Counted from the first letter of the stretch, positions 37,601 to 52,600 are shown. The stretch: DNA of 64,000 nt from Ylistrum balloti (GCF_031769215.1 NW_026782426.1:186001-250000); one strand, 5' to 3'. Numbers and translations: made by a program. The notes: generated by a model from the letters alone, not told the origin.

Positions 37601-40600
37601 GTGGGATGTCTTGTTAACTGGGAATGGCTAACTCAGATTTGTCATATTCTATGGAGTCAACTTCATTACATGACTATGGATATGCTCTTGTATCTTATAT
37701 CTGAATATCAACACATTAAGTGAAATCCTGTTCCCAAGATTAAATTGAGTCCGAGATTTCTACAGAAGGTTCCAGATGATAGGTTAATTTCATATTTTCT
37801 TGACATTTTCACAGTTACTCCTGGAAATCCAACCTTGACTGGCTCGGCGACCTTATCTGCAGGGACATCAAACACTTGGCACTGCCAGACTGTAGGAGGT
37901 TACCCTGCACCTGGTATTGCTTGGTATTTTGGAGGTGTGGTTGTCACCGCAGACCTCAGCAATGTTACTACATCACAGAGTACATATACTGTAGATAGCT
38001 GGTATACCCGTACAGTTCAGGCAGTGGACAACGCCAAGCTGTTGGAATGTAGAGTCAGCCATCCACAGACACTAACCACACCTAAGATTACTACCAAAAC
38101 CCTCACTGTGTATTGTAAGTATCAACTATCACTAAAACTCTCACTGTGTATTTTAAGTATAGACTATCACTAAAACTCTCACTGTGTATTTTAACTATAG
38201 ATTACCACTTAAACTATCAACATGTATTGTCTTATCTCTATAAATGTTTCAATTTTATCACTTTCACAGTAAAACTACATGAATTTGAGAAAATTGATTT
38301 GATATTGATGTTAACTAAGTTGGAAAAAACAAGCTTTTGAGCAAAGTTGTATCCAATTATCAGTTTTAGGTCATCTAGTTCAGAGGATAAGTAAGCTTAA
38401 ATGTCACACTATGATATTGAGGACCATTAACATTTTTACCAAAAAATAACTGCTTCTGCTTCTATGCAACCCAACTTTGCTTGTTTTATTCCACCAGCGG
38501 CACCAACCGTTGCCATTGCACCAGACCAAAGTAATGTACTGACTGGGAATAACCTAACACTTACATGTTCGGTTACAAGTTCTCTGGCGAATTACATTGT
38601 CACCTGGTACAAAGAAGGTAGTAGTACAGCCTTGACCTCTGGATCTAATTACGTAGTAACTGGAAACACTGTCACCATATTGAATGCAGCATCAGCTCTT
38701 GCTGGAAACTACTACTGCACAGCAACCAACTCAGCTGGAACCTCATCAAATAGCAATAACGTGAACGTTGTCCTCTACAGTGAGTGATGTTAATTTTCAT
38801 CTCATGTTTCAACCTCTGCCATATCATGTTGGGGAGAATATAGTGTAACCCATGTCTGTCCAATCCCAAATCTATATCATCTGTTGGGAAGAATATAGTG
38901 TAACCCATGTCTGTCCAATCCCAAATCTATATCATCTGTTGGGGAGAATATAGTGTAACCATGTCTGTCCAATCCCAAATCTATATCATCTGTTGGGGAG
39001 AATATAGTGTAACCCATGTCTGTCCAATCCCAAATCTATATCATCTGTTGGGGAGAATGTAGTGTAACCCATGTCTGTCCAATCCCAAATCTATATCATC
39101 TGTTGGGGAGAATATAGTGTAACCCATGTCTGTCCAATCCCAAATCTATATCATCTGTTGGGGAGAATATAGTGTAACCCATGTCTGTCCAATCCCAAAT
39201 CTATATCATCTGTTGGGGAGAATATAGTGTAACCCATGTCTGTCCAATCCCAAATCTATATCATCTGTTTGGGAGAATATAGTGTAACCCATGTCTGTCC
39301 AATCCCAAATCTATATCATCTGTTGGGGAGAATATAGTGTAACCATGTCTGTCCAATCCCAAATCTATATCATCTGTTTGGGAGAATATAGTGTAACCCA
39401 TGTCTGTCCAATCCCAAATCTATATCATCTGTTGGGGAGAATATAGTGTAACCATGTCTGTCCAATCCCAAATCTATATCATCTGTTGGGGAGAATATAG
39501 TGTAACCATGTCTGTCCAATCCCAAATCTATATCATCTGTTGGGGAGAATATAGTGTAACCCATGTCTGTCCAATCCCAAATCTATATCATCTGTTTGGG
39601 AGAATATAGTGTAACCCATGTCTGTCCAATCCCAAATCTATATCATCTGTTTGGGAGAATATAGTGTAACCCATGTCTGTCCAATCCCAAATCTATATCA
39701 TCTGTTTGGGAGAATATAGTGTAACCCATGTCTGTCCAATCCCAAATCTATATCATCTGTTGGGAAGAATATAGTGTAACCCATGTCTGTCCAATCCCAA
39801 ATCTATATCATCTGTGGGGGAGAATGTAGTGTAACCCATGTCTGTCCAATCCCAAATCTATATCATCTGTTGGGGAGAATATAGTGTAACCATGTCTGTC
39901 CAATCCCAAATCTATATCATCTGTTGGGAAGAATATAGTGTAACCCATGTCTGTCCAATCCCAAATCTATATCATCTGTTGGGAAGAATATAGTGTAACC
40001 CATGTCTGTCCAATCCCAAATCGATATCATCTGTGGGAGGGAATATAGTGTAACCCATGTTAAGACAAGAGCTTCAACATGTGCAAGAAAACATTGTTTT
40101 ATAATTCCTTTTGTGTATGAAATGTAGCTATAAATGATCTTAGCTATAAACAATTAAAATGACATGAAAAACTGAACAGGTAACTATTATTTGCATATTT
40201 CTTGTCCATTGAGTATTATTATTAAGATCAATTACTGTTACAGCTATTCCGACAAATGCTGTCATCACCCCGACCAGTATAACTGTGGAGCAGGGTCAAT
40301 CCTTTTCAGTATCCTGTGCAGCCACTGCTTCACCACTCAACAGTCTAAGCTACTCCTGGGAATTTGGTAGCTCCGTCCTATCAACCAACTCTGAGCTAAA
40401 TGTGACCAATGTCCAGAAAGAGGACAGCGGGTCATATATATGTACAGCCACAAATTTGTATGGCAATACCACGGAGCCTGTAACCGTTGATGTCCAATGT
40501 AAGGATGGAGTATCTAGCATAATAACCTCTTCAGAAACATTATAAATTTACCTTCTCTTTAATTATCAGCTTGTAAAAAGGAGTTGTTGTAATCACTTAC

Positions 40601-43600
40601 CAATCTCTATACATATATTCTATAAGATCATTCCTTTTCATTCAGTTTTATTTTCATTTCTTTCATAACTCTGCAAATTCATATACTGTACATCTTTTTT
40701 GTTTACAAAATGATAAACAGTTAAATGGTTTCCATCATTCTTACCCACAGTGAGAGGATGACCATTATCTATTATATTTTGTCCCTCATTTCAACTTCAC
40801 AAGTTCCACAAGTGGGATTCACTTAAAATGTGACTAAATGATCCCGACTTGGTATTTTGACCAGGTATTGTTATTTTTTGGGTCATTTCAAAATTCAATA
40901 TGGCTGTCATGGCTACCATCTTGAAAAACAAATTTCAACTTCTTTTCAATTCTACTGGTGCCTTGGAACTGAAATTTTGTTGGAATTTTTAGAAACTGAA
41001 ATCAAGAGTATTTTCTGCCTGTCTTGTTAGACATTTTTGAACTGTTTAATACCTCTTCCTACTACTCCTACTGTTTATATATAGGTCTTTAAAGTCCGAT
41101 GAGCGTTAAGGCCCATGGGTCTCATGTTACAATACTGGATTTTGTGATTAGTATCTATCAACAAAATAAAATACCATCCAAATACTAGAAATATCTTTCT
41201 GAAAATTGTTTTAAAAGACAGTCCCCCTGAAAATATGCAAAATCACAATACTTAAATGTAATTAATAGTAGATGGGATATACCGTTGATATGAAGCCAAT
41301 CTGGATGGAAGCTAAATAGAATATCACCCATTTGGTTTACATAGAAATTAACAGGAAACTGACAGCAGAATAGCAATATAGTGTAATATATATATCTTTT
41401 AGGCCAACGATATGGCCTGTATGCCATATTTATTACATTTCTGCCAGTGAAATATAGAGAAATATTTCATTGATAAAAAGTGTTATTAGTGAAAAATAAC
41501 ACTTTTGCAGACATAAGTCAATGAAACACAAATGTTTTTTTTTTTCTTTTTAAATGAACTTTATGTTGTTGCATACTGTGAAGTTATAATGAGTGTTTGT
41601 GAAAAAGCCTAGTCAGCTTTCAAGTTTTATGTCTGTTCTAAACATACCAGTAATTTGGCTATTTTGCTTGTTAAAATGTAATAGATAGAATATCCTGTGT
41701 CTAATATTTCTATGTACTTGTAAAAGATACTAAAATCTTAAGACACACTTGTGAAATCTATTTGTTAAGACTGTTAGACACTATTATTTATCTTCCAAAT
41801 AAGCCTTGGTGTACATAGACTCTGAATCAACATACCACACAATTAGACTAAGCTAGGCTTACTTACAGGCTTTGATTTATTATGTGATAAATAGTTTATA
41901 ACTTTGTCAACAATTGTAGAGACAGGCCCTATTACTAGATAAAAACACTTTTTAACTGTCAACAATGTTAGAGATAAGCCTTATTACTAGATAAATACAC
42001 TTTATAACTTTGTCAACAGAGATAAGCCTTATTACTAGATAAAAACACTTTATAACTTTGTCAACAGAGATAAGCCTTATTACTAGATAAATACACTTTA
42101 TAACTTTGTCAAGAGATAAGCCTTATTACTAGATAAATACACTTTATAACTTTGTCAACAGAGATAAGCCTTATTACTAGATAAAAACACTATAACTTTG
42201 TCAATAAGGATAGAGATAAGTCCTATTACTTGATAAATATACTTTATAACTTTTTCAACAATGATAGAGATTTGACAGAGTCTCGATCATCAAACACTAT
42301 TGGTTAGCCAGGAGGTTGTCTACACTTTAAGATATCAACATTGTTCTGAATAGAGGGATCAGTTGATTACTCTTGTTATCTGATATTATTTTCATTAATG
42401 AAACATATTATCAACATGCTTTCTTTAGATGCACCAGAGAGCACTGTGACTGATCCATCTGTGACAGCAACTGTTGGTACCAATTACCCATTGTCATGTG
42501 ACACTGATGCAAATCCTGAGGCCTCTAGCTTTGTCTGGTACGAAGGAAGCACCTTGCTCAGTATCACTGAAAAGGAGAATTCTGTATCGGTGAGTTGATA
42601 AATAAAAATGTTGTTTAAAAAGCTAAGCTTGTACAGGAACTCTGAACAGGTCAGTATAATTACTGACAATTTTGGTACAGGCATTAGGTTAACATGAACT
42701 TGCCTGAAAAGCAATTTTGAGAAGTTTTGAAAAAATTGTATTTTATACACAACCAAAACGCATAGACAACAGTTTACCTGTTTATTACAATGCAACAGAT
42801 GACAGCATAAAAAGGAAAAACTAATCTTTGGCATATCAGGGGCTACTCACACTAACTATATATATATACACCAATACGATTCAAGTGTGCACTATACTGG
42901 ATAGCTTTCAGTTCTTGCAATAAAAGGCCACAGAAATAAAATAAACTCTTGGCAATATATTTCAAAGTACGCCCGATGTCTCTTGAGGGATTCAAGACAG
43001 GTCAAGCGTAAGAAATACATTACTTAAGTATAAGAAGCTTTTAAGCGATTTAAAAGCTAAGAATATCATGAGCGATTCAAGAAAACCAGACTTGAGCAAT
43101 TTAAGAGCTGGTATAATAGAACTCTTGAATGATTCAAGAGAAATCAGACTCCAGTGATATAAGAGCTGGCGAGACAGCACTCTTGAGCGATTCATGAATA
43201 ATCAGACTTAAGTGACTCATAGCTGGAATGACAAACTACCAAGCAATTCAAGAGGCTAGTGAATCTAACTATAAATGAAAATTTGATTCAAACACAGTTG
43301 ATAAGCAATTAGAAACAAGACATATAAGACTTATATCTAAAAAGTACTGGGGGGAAAATTCCCCAGGAATTAAGATCCAACATGGAAGGAAACTAGGAAT
43401 ATAAAATTACTAGAGAGTGCGTGCCACCAATACTAATGATCATAATTGAAAGTAACGTAGATGCACTATACACAGGTAAAATCCCAAGAATGCCTTTAGT
43501 AATAAAGATCATAAAATAGATGAACCGTGTACATACAAAATTAGTTGAACAACAACATATTCCATTGTGCATCAGAAATAACTGCAGGATCAGTATGGAT

Positions 43601-46600
43601 ATAACAAGTAGAGGACCATCTACCTAAAGTTTGAATGACATCCGCATCACCAGCTGTCGCTGCTGATGTAGCAGTGCCAATCCGGAAAGAATGACCATAA
43701 AAAAATTGATGATCCACGCCTATACGTTTCAACGTTTCTTTTAACAAAGAAATAAAAGTCTGACGCATTAAAGGTTTAAGATCAAGGTCAATGGTATTGT
43801 CCACGAACAGAGGAGATACAGGGGGTGGCTCCTTGATGAAAAAGAGTGGTCAGAAAAGTGTTCATAGTAGATTCTGGAGTTAAGAGATGGTTCTCAAATA
43901 GTTTTAATGATTACTCCTTTCCAAAAGGATCAGTTTTAGAAAAACGCAAACACAAGTTAAACTGAGACTTGTCCGGCAACACAGTAATGTCTCCGATACA
44001 AATGAAGGTGTTGTCCTTAAAGGTGTGACAAGTAAATTCACCACACCTTAGAAAACTGTAAAAAGCACTATTAAAGACACACTGCAGCATGAGGTCTGTA
44101 AAGGGCTCAAAGATCCCATACTTGCCAGTAATCGCATTGCACATTTTTAATAAAACATCACAAGTAATATGAAACGTTTGTGTGTATGCACAACAGAGGA
44201 TTTCTGGATTGCACGCAAAATATAAGATAAACGAAGAGTTCCGACCAAAGGGTCTCCCAAATTGGAACGAATGTAGTGAAAACATAACCCTGCCAGGTAA
44301 AGTTTAAATGCGTCAAATTTGAGTCTCAAGGCATGCTGACAGTGGGTAACAAACCGGATAAGGAGGTCCTCACAAACAGTCGGAAACAATTGAGCCCTGA
44401 GCGGTAAGTAGCCATAGTCCTTTTGCTCACGGCTTCATTCCACAGATTGTTGACTTAAGAGTTTAACTCATCATCAAAGCAGACATAGGAAAACACGGAA
44501 TTGGGAAGACATCTGCCTCAGGCACCAGCTGCCTGAAGTGTTGCATCTGAAAGTGAGAAATAGCATCAGCTATATATTATTCTGTTGTCCAGGAATGTGA
44601 ACAGCATGAACCACAAAGTTATTGATCGCAGAATTCAATATAAGTCTACGCATGAGACGCATAATGCTTTTAACTTTAAAACAACCTTTGGCAATAATTT
44701 CCACCATAGAAGAATTGTATTCTTTTCCTGTGCCACAAGTGGTCCCATAAAATACAAGCCATGACAATGAGGTTCAGTTCGAAAAGAGCCATAGATGCGT
44801 CTTTGAGTTTTAGGCAGGAAGGAGAAACCCCCTGAAACCACTTGTTGCGGTATATTCCACCAAACCCATGTAGAGTAGCATCTGTATAAAGGTACAAATC
44901 AGCTGATGACGTGACTTGGTCATCCAAGAAGAAGGAAACACCATTCCATTCCTTTAAAAACAAAGACCACATAGCTAAATCAGCTCTGCACTCTACTCTG
45001 TCAGCTTAACATAGTGATGTAATTTAATCACTGTGGCTGATAGGGTGATTAAATGGGAAACAAATTAACGACCTGGCTTTGCGCATCAACTCGCAAAATT
45101 CATATGGCATAGTAAGCTTAAAAGTTCCTTTTTAGTGCAAGATTTCTTGTGTTTGAAAGAATCTAGGATAAGACAAATCCTCTCAATTTTATCCAAGGGT
45201 AATCACGTCTCACTGGAATGTGAATCAAGAAACACTCCAAGATACTCCAACCCAGTACAAGGGTCATCTCTCTTATGAGCACCTATGGGGATGTTCAGGT
45301 TATGAAAAATAGCGAGAAAACGTTCCATCTGAGCAGTAACGTCTGACCACTAAGAAATCGCCCAAAAGGTGAAGTATGTGATTGATGTTTTAATTTGTTC
45401 GCGCTATCCAACAAATAGCTCAAAACAAGGTATCAAACAACTTTGAGCTAGAACGGCTTCCAAACAAAAGTCTAGTGAAAAAAATAAAACTTCCTATTCC
45501 ACTGAATGCCATGATACGACCACAGTTCTGGTTTAATAGGCAGCAACTTAAATGCGTCAGTAATGTCTGTTTTCATTAACCAAGCATCCAAGCCCAAGTT
45601 TTTTATAATGCGACAGCATTGTCAATAGTGACACATTTTAACGAACACATGATTTTGTCAATAAGGCTATTAAGACTAGGGTTCAGGTCATCTTCGTGCA
45701 GGGCAGACAAATCCACGATGTGGCGCTTCTTTTCTTAATACTTATGCTCCGCCAACCCAATGGGATTAATCCTATACTTTGTGAAAGGTATGTTGTCAAA
45801 TGGGCCAATAAGAGCCTTTTCGAAGCTCTTTGTCAACTAATTCTGTTACACAGTTTGGGTCATCCAAAGCTGACTTGAGGTTTTTGCAGATAATGGAATT
45901 GATGGCAAGGGTTGGAAACCTGTATTGAAACCATGAGTTAATCCATGAAGGAGATGGTTAACAAAATGTTTGTCAGGATGATGAATGAGTTACAATCTTA
46001 AAGCCTTGATATTAATAGTAGTAGTAGCAGTGAAAGGAACGTCAAAGATACGCCCTGGTTATCTTTTTCTTCATAGGTGGCTTCATTGACTCTAAAGGGC
46101 AGACTTGCTTGGAATGACCACCCCCCTCCTTACAGTTCAAACAAATGTGCAGGAAAAAGCATGGAGATATGCTGCAGAAAAAGAACTATTAAAATTATTG
46201 CAAATCTTGCATCTTTCATGGAAAAACCTTGAGGCACCCTTTAAAATCTAATGATGAAGAACCTTGATTTCTGTTGTTGTTTATCTTAACATTCTTGGAG
46301 AAATAGCCAGAAGTGTGACGTGTTTGCCGCAAAGACTAGGACAGAAACTGGTTGTGTAGAGTGTACTGCCAAATCCTTCACGTGACTAGGGTTTTGAGTT
46401 TGCAATGATGTTGCAAAAAAAAAAAAAAAAAAGAGTACTGGATATTGTCATGCACTGACCATTCTATAGCAGGGTTTTCCATAATTTTGTTAGTAGTAGG
46501 CTGTGTAATGAAAGTAGGAGGCTGGCCTGCCATGTACATGTAGTCGTGTACGGAACATTATTACGAAACTGGATTGGTGTAGACGGCCAAATGATCAAAG

Positions 46601-49600
46601 TAGCTGGTCAAATTGGCTGGTGACCGGCTCTTATGGAAAACCCAGTTATAGGAACATTATTGTATCGCAATTGGGCTGCTGCTCTCATGGAAAATTATTT
46701 ATGATATAAAAGCCAGCGGATTGGTACCGAGTGGCCATGTCCACAATATTGTGCTCATACAAGTCCAATTCAATATGTCGCGAAGGAAGGGCTGAGCAAA
46801 GGACCTGTTTGTACACCCCAAAGGCAAAAATAAATTCACTGAAGGCAAGCGACTTCGTAAGCCGAGAGTCAGGCTTTTCAGAAGTATGGCAACTAGGATC
46901 GCTTTGACCACTAAATTTTGGAATAAGCAAGGCCGCAAGATTCACATCACGCCCTGTTATAATTTGCTGGCGGAGGGAGGGAGAAATCGTCTTTACTAAT
47001 GGCACGGACTTATATACATGTGTATACAAGTCCGTGCTAATGGTAAGGACTCCGCTGCAAATCCAAACCAAACACTCTCACCATGCGATGTCATCAGAAA
47101 ACAGCCGTGTCCAGCGTGTACTCTTGATGTGAAGATGGGAGTTACTACACTGTTTCTGTCGTTGTTGGTAGTGGAGTTGACCTATCAAAGAGTTGGAAGT
47201 AAGCTGACTCGCTACCTTCCGCCGCCGCTGGAGACGTATACAGCCTCGTACCTATTCTAGAAGAATTGAAATGGTTTACTAGTCTCAAATAACTTTCTTG
47301 TTACGTAGCGACGCTGTCTGCTAAACTAGACACCGCACGATACAAATGGCTGTTACTGTCTGTATTAATCCCTTTGGCGAAGATGTCGGCGCCATGTTGG
47401 CCCGTTGCACTATGGGACCGCGCACCTGCTCTACCGACACTTTGCACACGGCCCGTAGAATTTCTAGCGTCCCTCAACTTTTTAGCGAGAGCAATGCGCT
47501 TGTCGCTTGTTTTGAACACAATTCCTCGCGATTTAAGTTTTTCTTTTAAACGTGAAAGCGTCAAATTTTCCAGAAGCTCAGGATCGTATGGCGCAGCATA
47601 AACAAACACAAGTCTTAATATAGCTCAAACACCCACGCAAGTCACGGCCTATTTCACACATGTTAACACACATGAATGGTATCCGTTGGTATGAGTCAGC
47701 TCATAAGTTGCGGAGAGGCAAAATACGAAAACATAACACACAGGCAAGTTTGGGCAGCAACACAATATAGAGTGACATCAAAATGGCGATAAATAGACCG
47801 TATAAAGGTAAAGTTCGAAAAACGACGACAGAGACGTGATATATACGTCTCTGATATTTGATATATATTTGTGTATAAAATTACTGTTGTGTCGTAAGAT
47901 GAGATAGGTTATTAGCAACATTACAAAACCTGTGAACAAAGGCGACCAAGAAAAAATCACACTCAAAGACACCGTGAAAATCGAAGATTGCGATGATTAG
48001 TGTCAGTACGCAAAATACTGCAGTGATGTAAAAAAAACGTAGATCGTAGGGTAGAAAAGATGAAGATATTAGTCACAAACAAACACCACCATCATTCATC
48101 AGAAAACAATATTGGAGTTTGAAACTGCAATACATCATACCCCTCTAGGGGTAAATGTTGATTGGTCAATAATCTCAAAATTCCCCTAATTAGCATATCA
48201 ACGTAAACACGGCTTCATTAGATAGACTTACACTGGCCCTGACAAAACAAACCCCTATATTAGCAAAGTTTTCAAGTACCATGTATCCATAAATGTTACA
48301 TGAATCAAAATGATTTCAAACACAATATAGATAATCAAAATGTCAATTTATCACCTTCTGTTTGTTATTTGTGTAGGTTGTGTCAGGTGATACAACATAC
48401 ACCTGTCAGGCAAGCAACACAGTGGGCCAGTCAGGAGATATTGTTTTTACTATTACCGGTACAGGAGCAGACGATGGAGGCACACCTGGTTTGTACATAT
48501 TTCTTCACCTGTACCTCAGTTAAAGATATGAATATTTTTGTAACATTTTATGTTTTCATGACTTTTTCAGACTTATGTTAATTTTCAAAATATCATTAGA
48601 ATTAATAGACACATCAATTTGCCCTTTCAGAAATTACATACATCTGCGTGTATGTAAAATTTATAGAATTTATAATTTGGCTGGTATATTTTAAGGATGA
48701 AGCCTGACAAAGTTTGTGGAAAGAAATTTCTTGGACTTATATTCAAGGTCACAGGGGTCATATTTCTTAAAACTTAAATGATTTTCTTATCATGAACTAA
48801 AAGACCCAGAGGCATGATATTTGGCTAGTATGTTCCTTTGATATAACACATCAAAGTTTGTGGAAGTAAATGACCTTGTCATATAATCAAGGTCAGAAGG
48901 GTCAAAATTGCTGATATATATACCAGGTGAGCACTACAAGCACATTGAGCCTCTTGTTTAAATTAGTTGGTTAATTTTGTCTGTATAATGTCAGCAAGTG
49001 AACTTAATCTCTGTAAGTAGTCCAGACTTAAACAAAGCCTATGACATTACTGTAACTGTATTGAAATCCTTTGAATTTTCAGATACAGGAGCGTCTACTG
49101 GAGACACAGGGACAGGCCTGTCTGTTGGAGTCATTGTTGCTATTGTCTTGGGCATCCTCCTCATCCTTTTCATTATCATCCTCATCATTGTCTGCTGTAT
49201 TTGCTCGGGTATGTGTCCCACTCAAGTGAACAACTTCCTCCCTATTGGTGAAGTACATTTTATTTGCTTTTATAAGGTACACTCTCCCAGTCCCTAGGGA
49301 TACTTTGTATGTAGGCCTTATATAGTAATAGTACCATCATTCTTTAATACAATATACCACATGTGACATTTTCAGAGCACTTTTACAATCACAGGACCTG
49401 TTTTCTCAATTATCCACATACCTGGAGATTCAAAATTCAGCTTTTCCTAATGATATTTATTTTAGTGTCCAACTAGTTATTGACTATACTATAAAGGAAG
49501 ATCCATGGGGTAAACCGGAATCAACTCTTCTGTCTGTCTGCCAGTTTTCTGTCCATCTGTCCCTTAGTGTCCAGAGCATAATTTTGCCTATAGAGTTACA

Positions 49601-52600
49601 CAAGGATAGTAAAATTTGGTGTATACATAAGTCTTACTAGGGGATGTATATCAAATTCAGGGACTTTGACACCTCAGGTACTGAGTTACTCCCCAGTGTT
49701 AAAATTTTGTGTTTGTAGTTTCATACTGAAACAATGTGCAGTGTACCATATTCAGGATCCACAACCCTTGTATTACAGAGTTATTGCCCTTTGTTAAAGT
49801 TTTGTGTCTGAAGCATTACTTTGCCTGCATTTAAACTAGGATATTGAAATGTGATGTATACATTAGTCATACAAAAGCAAGGTGCAGTGTTGCAAAATCA
49901 GGGCCAATGACCCTCAGTTATGGAGGTATTGCCCTTCATTTTGTGTCCAAAGATTAGCATTGAAACTAGGATCATGAAACTTAGTGTATACATTAGTCAT
50001 AATAAGAGAATGTGCAGAAATTCAGGGCCTACAACCCCATATTTACAGAATTATTGCCCTTTGTTAAAATTTTAGAGAGCATTCATCTGTTTCATTTATA
50101 CTCTTGTAAATGGGAGCAATGAAAGAAACAACTCCTGACATTTACCACTCACAATGTTATTAACTGTATTTATAAAAATTTGTTTTGTAGTAAAACAATT
50201 GTAATACTTGTGTTACAGGAAGCTGTAGAAAGAAGGAGAAGAAGAAGAAGGGACGTGTTACTCCTAAAGCCCAGCCAGTTGCGAAACCTCCAATGCGACA
50301 GCCTGCATATGTGGAAAACTACTCCACTCCCCGAAACAAACCAAGACCTAACAGGTACTGTCTTATTCCTCTACTTAACACCCCAATCTACTGAGAAACC
50401 AGTAGGATAGACTGTCTATAGAGACACCTACCACATCCTCTGACACAAACCCAGACCTTATAGCTGCTGTATACACTTCTAAACCCCTAAGTCTACTGAG
50501 AAATTTGAAGAACAACCTGCCTATATAGACACCTACAAACCCAAACCTACAGGTATTATATAATTATACCCCTAATCACCAGTCTACTGAGAAACTTGTA
50601 GAACAACCTGTCTATATAGATATCTACAAACCCAAACCTACAGGTATTATATAATTACACCCCTAATCACCAGTCTGCTGAGAAACTTGTAGAACAACCA
50701 GTCTATATAGATATCTACAAACCACAACCTACAGGTATTATATAATTATACCCCTAATCACCAGTCTACTGAGAAACTTGTAGAACAACCTGTCTATATA
50801 GATATCTACAAACCCAAACCTACAGGTATTATATAATTATACCCCTAATCACCAGTCTGCTGAGAAAAAATTTAGAACAACCTGCCTATATAGACACCTA
50901 CAAACTCAAACCTACAGGTATTATATATTATACCCCTGATCACCAGTCTGCTGAGAAACATTTAGAACAACCCAAGTTTTACAGTAAGTTGCTATATTAT
51001 TACTCTCCTAAACTCTAGCCTGCCAATATGCTTACATATCTAACCTCTGATATCAGTATTTGTGATGTGTAATATCAGTTAGGATATCACTTAGTCCTGG
51101 AAATGATGATAAAGGATATCCAGATTTAAATGCATTTGTTTGATGTGGAAATAATTATGTGTCATTACTTTTTGGTTAAGGAGAACTCAATCTGTCTGTC
51201 AGATTATATTTGTAAAATTTATTTTGTGTTGCAGTTTCAATCCCTCTATCATATCTCGTAAGCATGTTGATGTGGATATGGAGAGTACAGATGGATATGG
51301 TTATGGTATTGTGTATGGTGATGGCTACCCAGCTGACACACATAGGTAAACACACATAGCATTTATCTGAAAACAACGGATTTGTCAAAAAACAAAAGTA
51401 GCAAACGTTAATGTTCTATTTGTAATCTCATTTTAGCATCTTTCAATCTGAAAATATTGCACTAAAATGTGATTGCACCAAATTATGTAAGTTTACAGTA
51501 AGGAGCTCTTGAATAGCATGAAAGTGTTTACATTTTATATCACTGTATACAACCATGTACAGGGTTATATACTGTTAAAACGGCAGCCAATGAAGATTGT
51601 GGGATATCAAATACTCAGTAAATATTTTTACAGTGAATCAAAACCTTGGAAAATGTTTGTAATAATTTACAGACATGCATGAAGTTTCTGTCAGATAATT
51701 AAGTATAGGCAGATTTCTGATAAATTCACAGTCAATAGGTAAGCTGCAATTTGTATTTTGTAGGAGTACAACTTCTCGTTTCGTCCTGAGGGCACCACCT
51801 ACTGCAGTGGAGAGTGAGGATGGAACAATCATGTATGTTACACAGATTTTCACGAGAGTTACTAAAAATGCAATAGGTCCTTGTCCATCCTGATACAGTA
51901 TCTTTTGTGATTAAGTAGTAATAGTTATCAGTGAATGCTACTCAGCCCAGAACCTGACCTTTGGTGAGAATTTGGGGTCTTAAGGTACTTGGTGTGAAAG
52001 AAAAAGAAACTGGCCTTGAAAAAGCAGTTCCTCTTTAATTGAAAAAAAATATTACGGATCTGCCACTAAGTGGCAGTGGTGTATGCCCCAGAGTGGTTGC
52101 TTTGTAAGTTTGTCCAACCAAAACACTTTTATATCCTTTTCATAACTTTATAACTTATCACAGTAGAGCAATGAAGATGGGTTCTCTACTTCATTTGTTT
52201 TTTCCTCTCATTGGTCAAGGTCTGAAACTGAGAATTTCTCATTGTACCCTATATGATGAATTACAGAAAGTTGTTTCCACTTAATAATCATGTTATGTTT
52301 TGCCATAACAGCAGGGCTCTTACAGACGGTATCCATCTCCATCTAATATAGTTCGCAAACATTTTTTTTCAAAGTTCTATTGTAAGTAATATATTTAGAT
52401 AGATTTTTGTTAATTGTTTGGACATGAGTGTTCATTTTCTTTCCTGCAGCTCTGTATATGATGACAGCAACCGACTTGTGTCCAAACGTAAACGGCCTGT
52501 CCACTTAACAAAGGAACATACATATGATGAACTGGAGCAGATACGCCGCAGAGAGCGACGACGACGTAAAAAGAAGCGCCATCATAAACGCGAAGCAGGA

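Noticed and set aside
42800-48300. Split direct repeats or inverted terminal repeats of the DIRS/Ngaro element
   Set aside because: I could not find a convincing match between the 42.8-43.5 kb and 47.6-48.3 kb ends by eye, so termini and subgroup remain unproven.
50583-50946. Array of consecutive 61-nt mini-exons separated by GT..AG spacers
   Set aside because: The spacers are only 30 nt, too short for normal spliceosomal introns, and entry in phase 2 hits a stop; kept only as the relic/alternative-exon hypothesis.
51690-51763. Extra exon ending at AG|GTAAGC (51739)
   Set aside because: It would leave a 25-nt intron, and the candidate exon has an immediate stop in the required phase.
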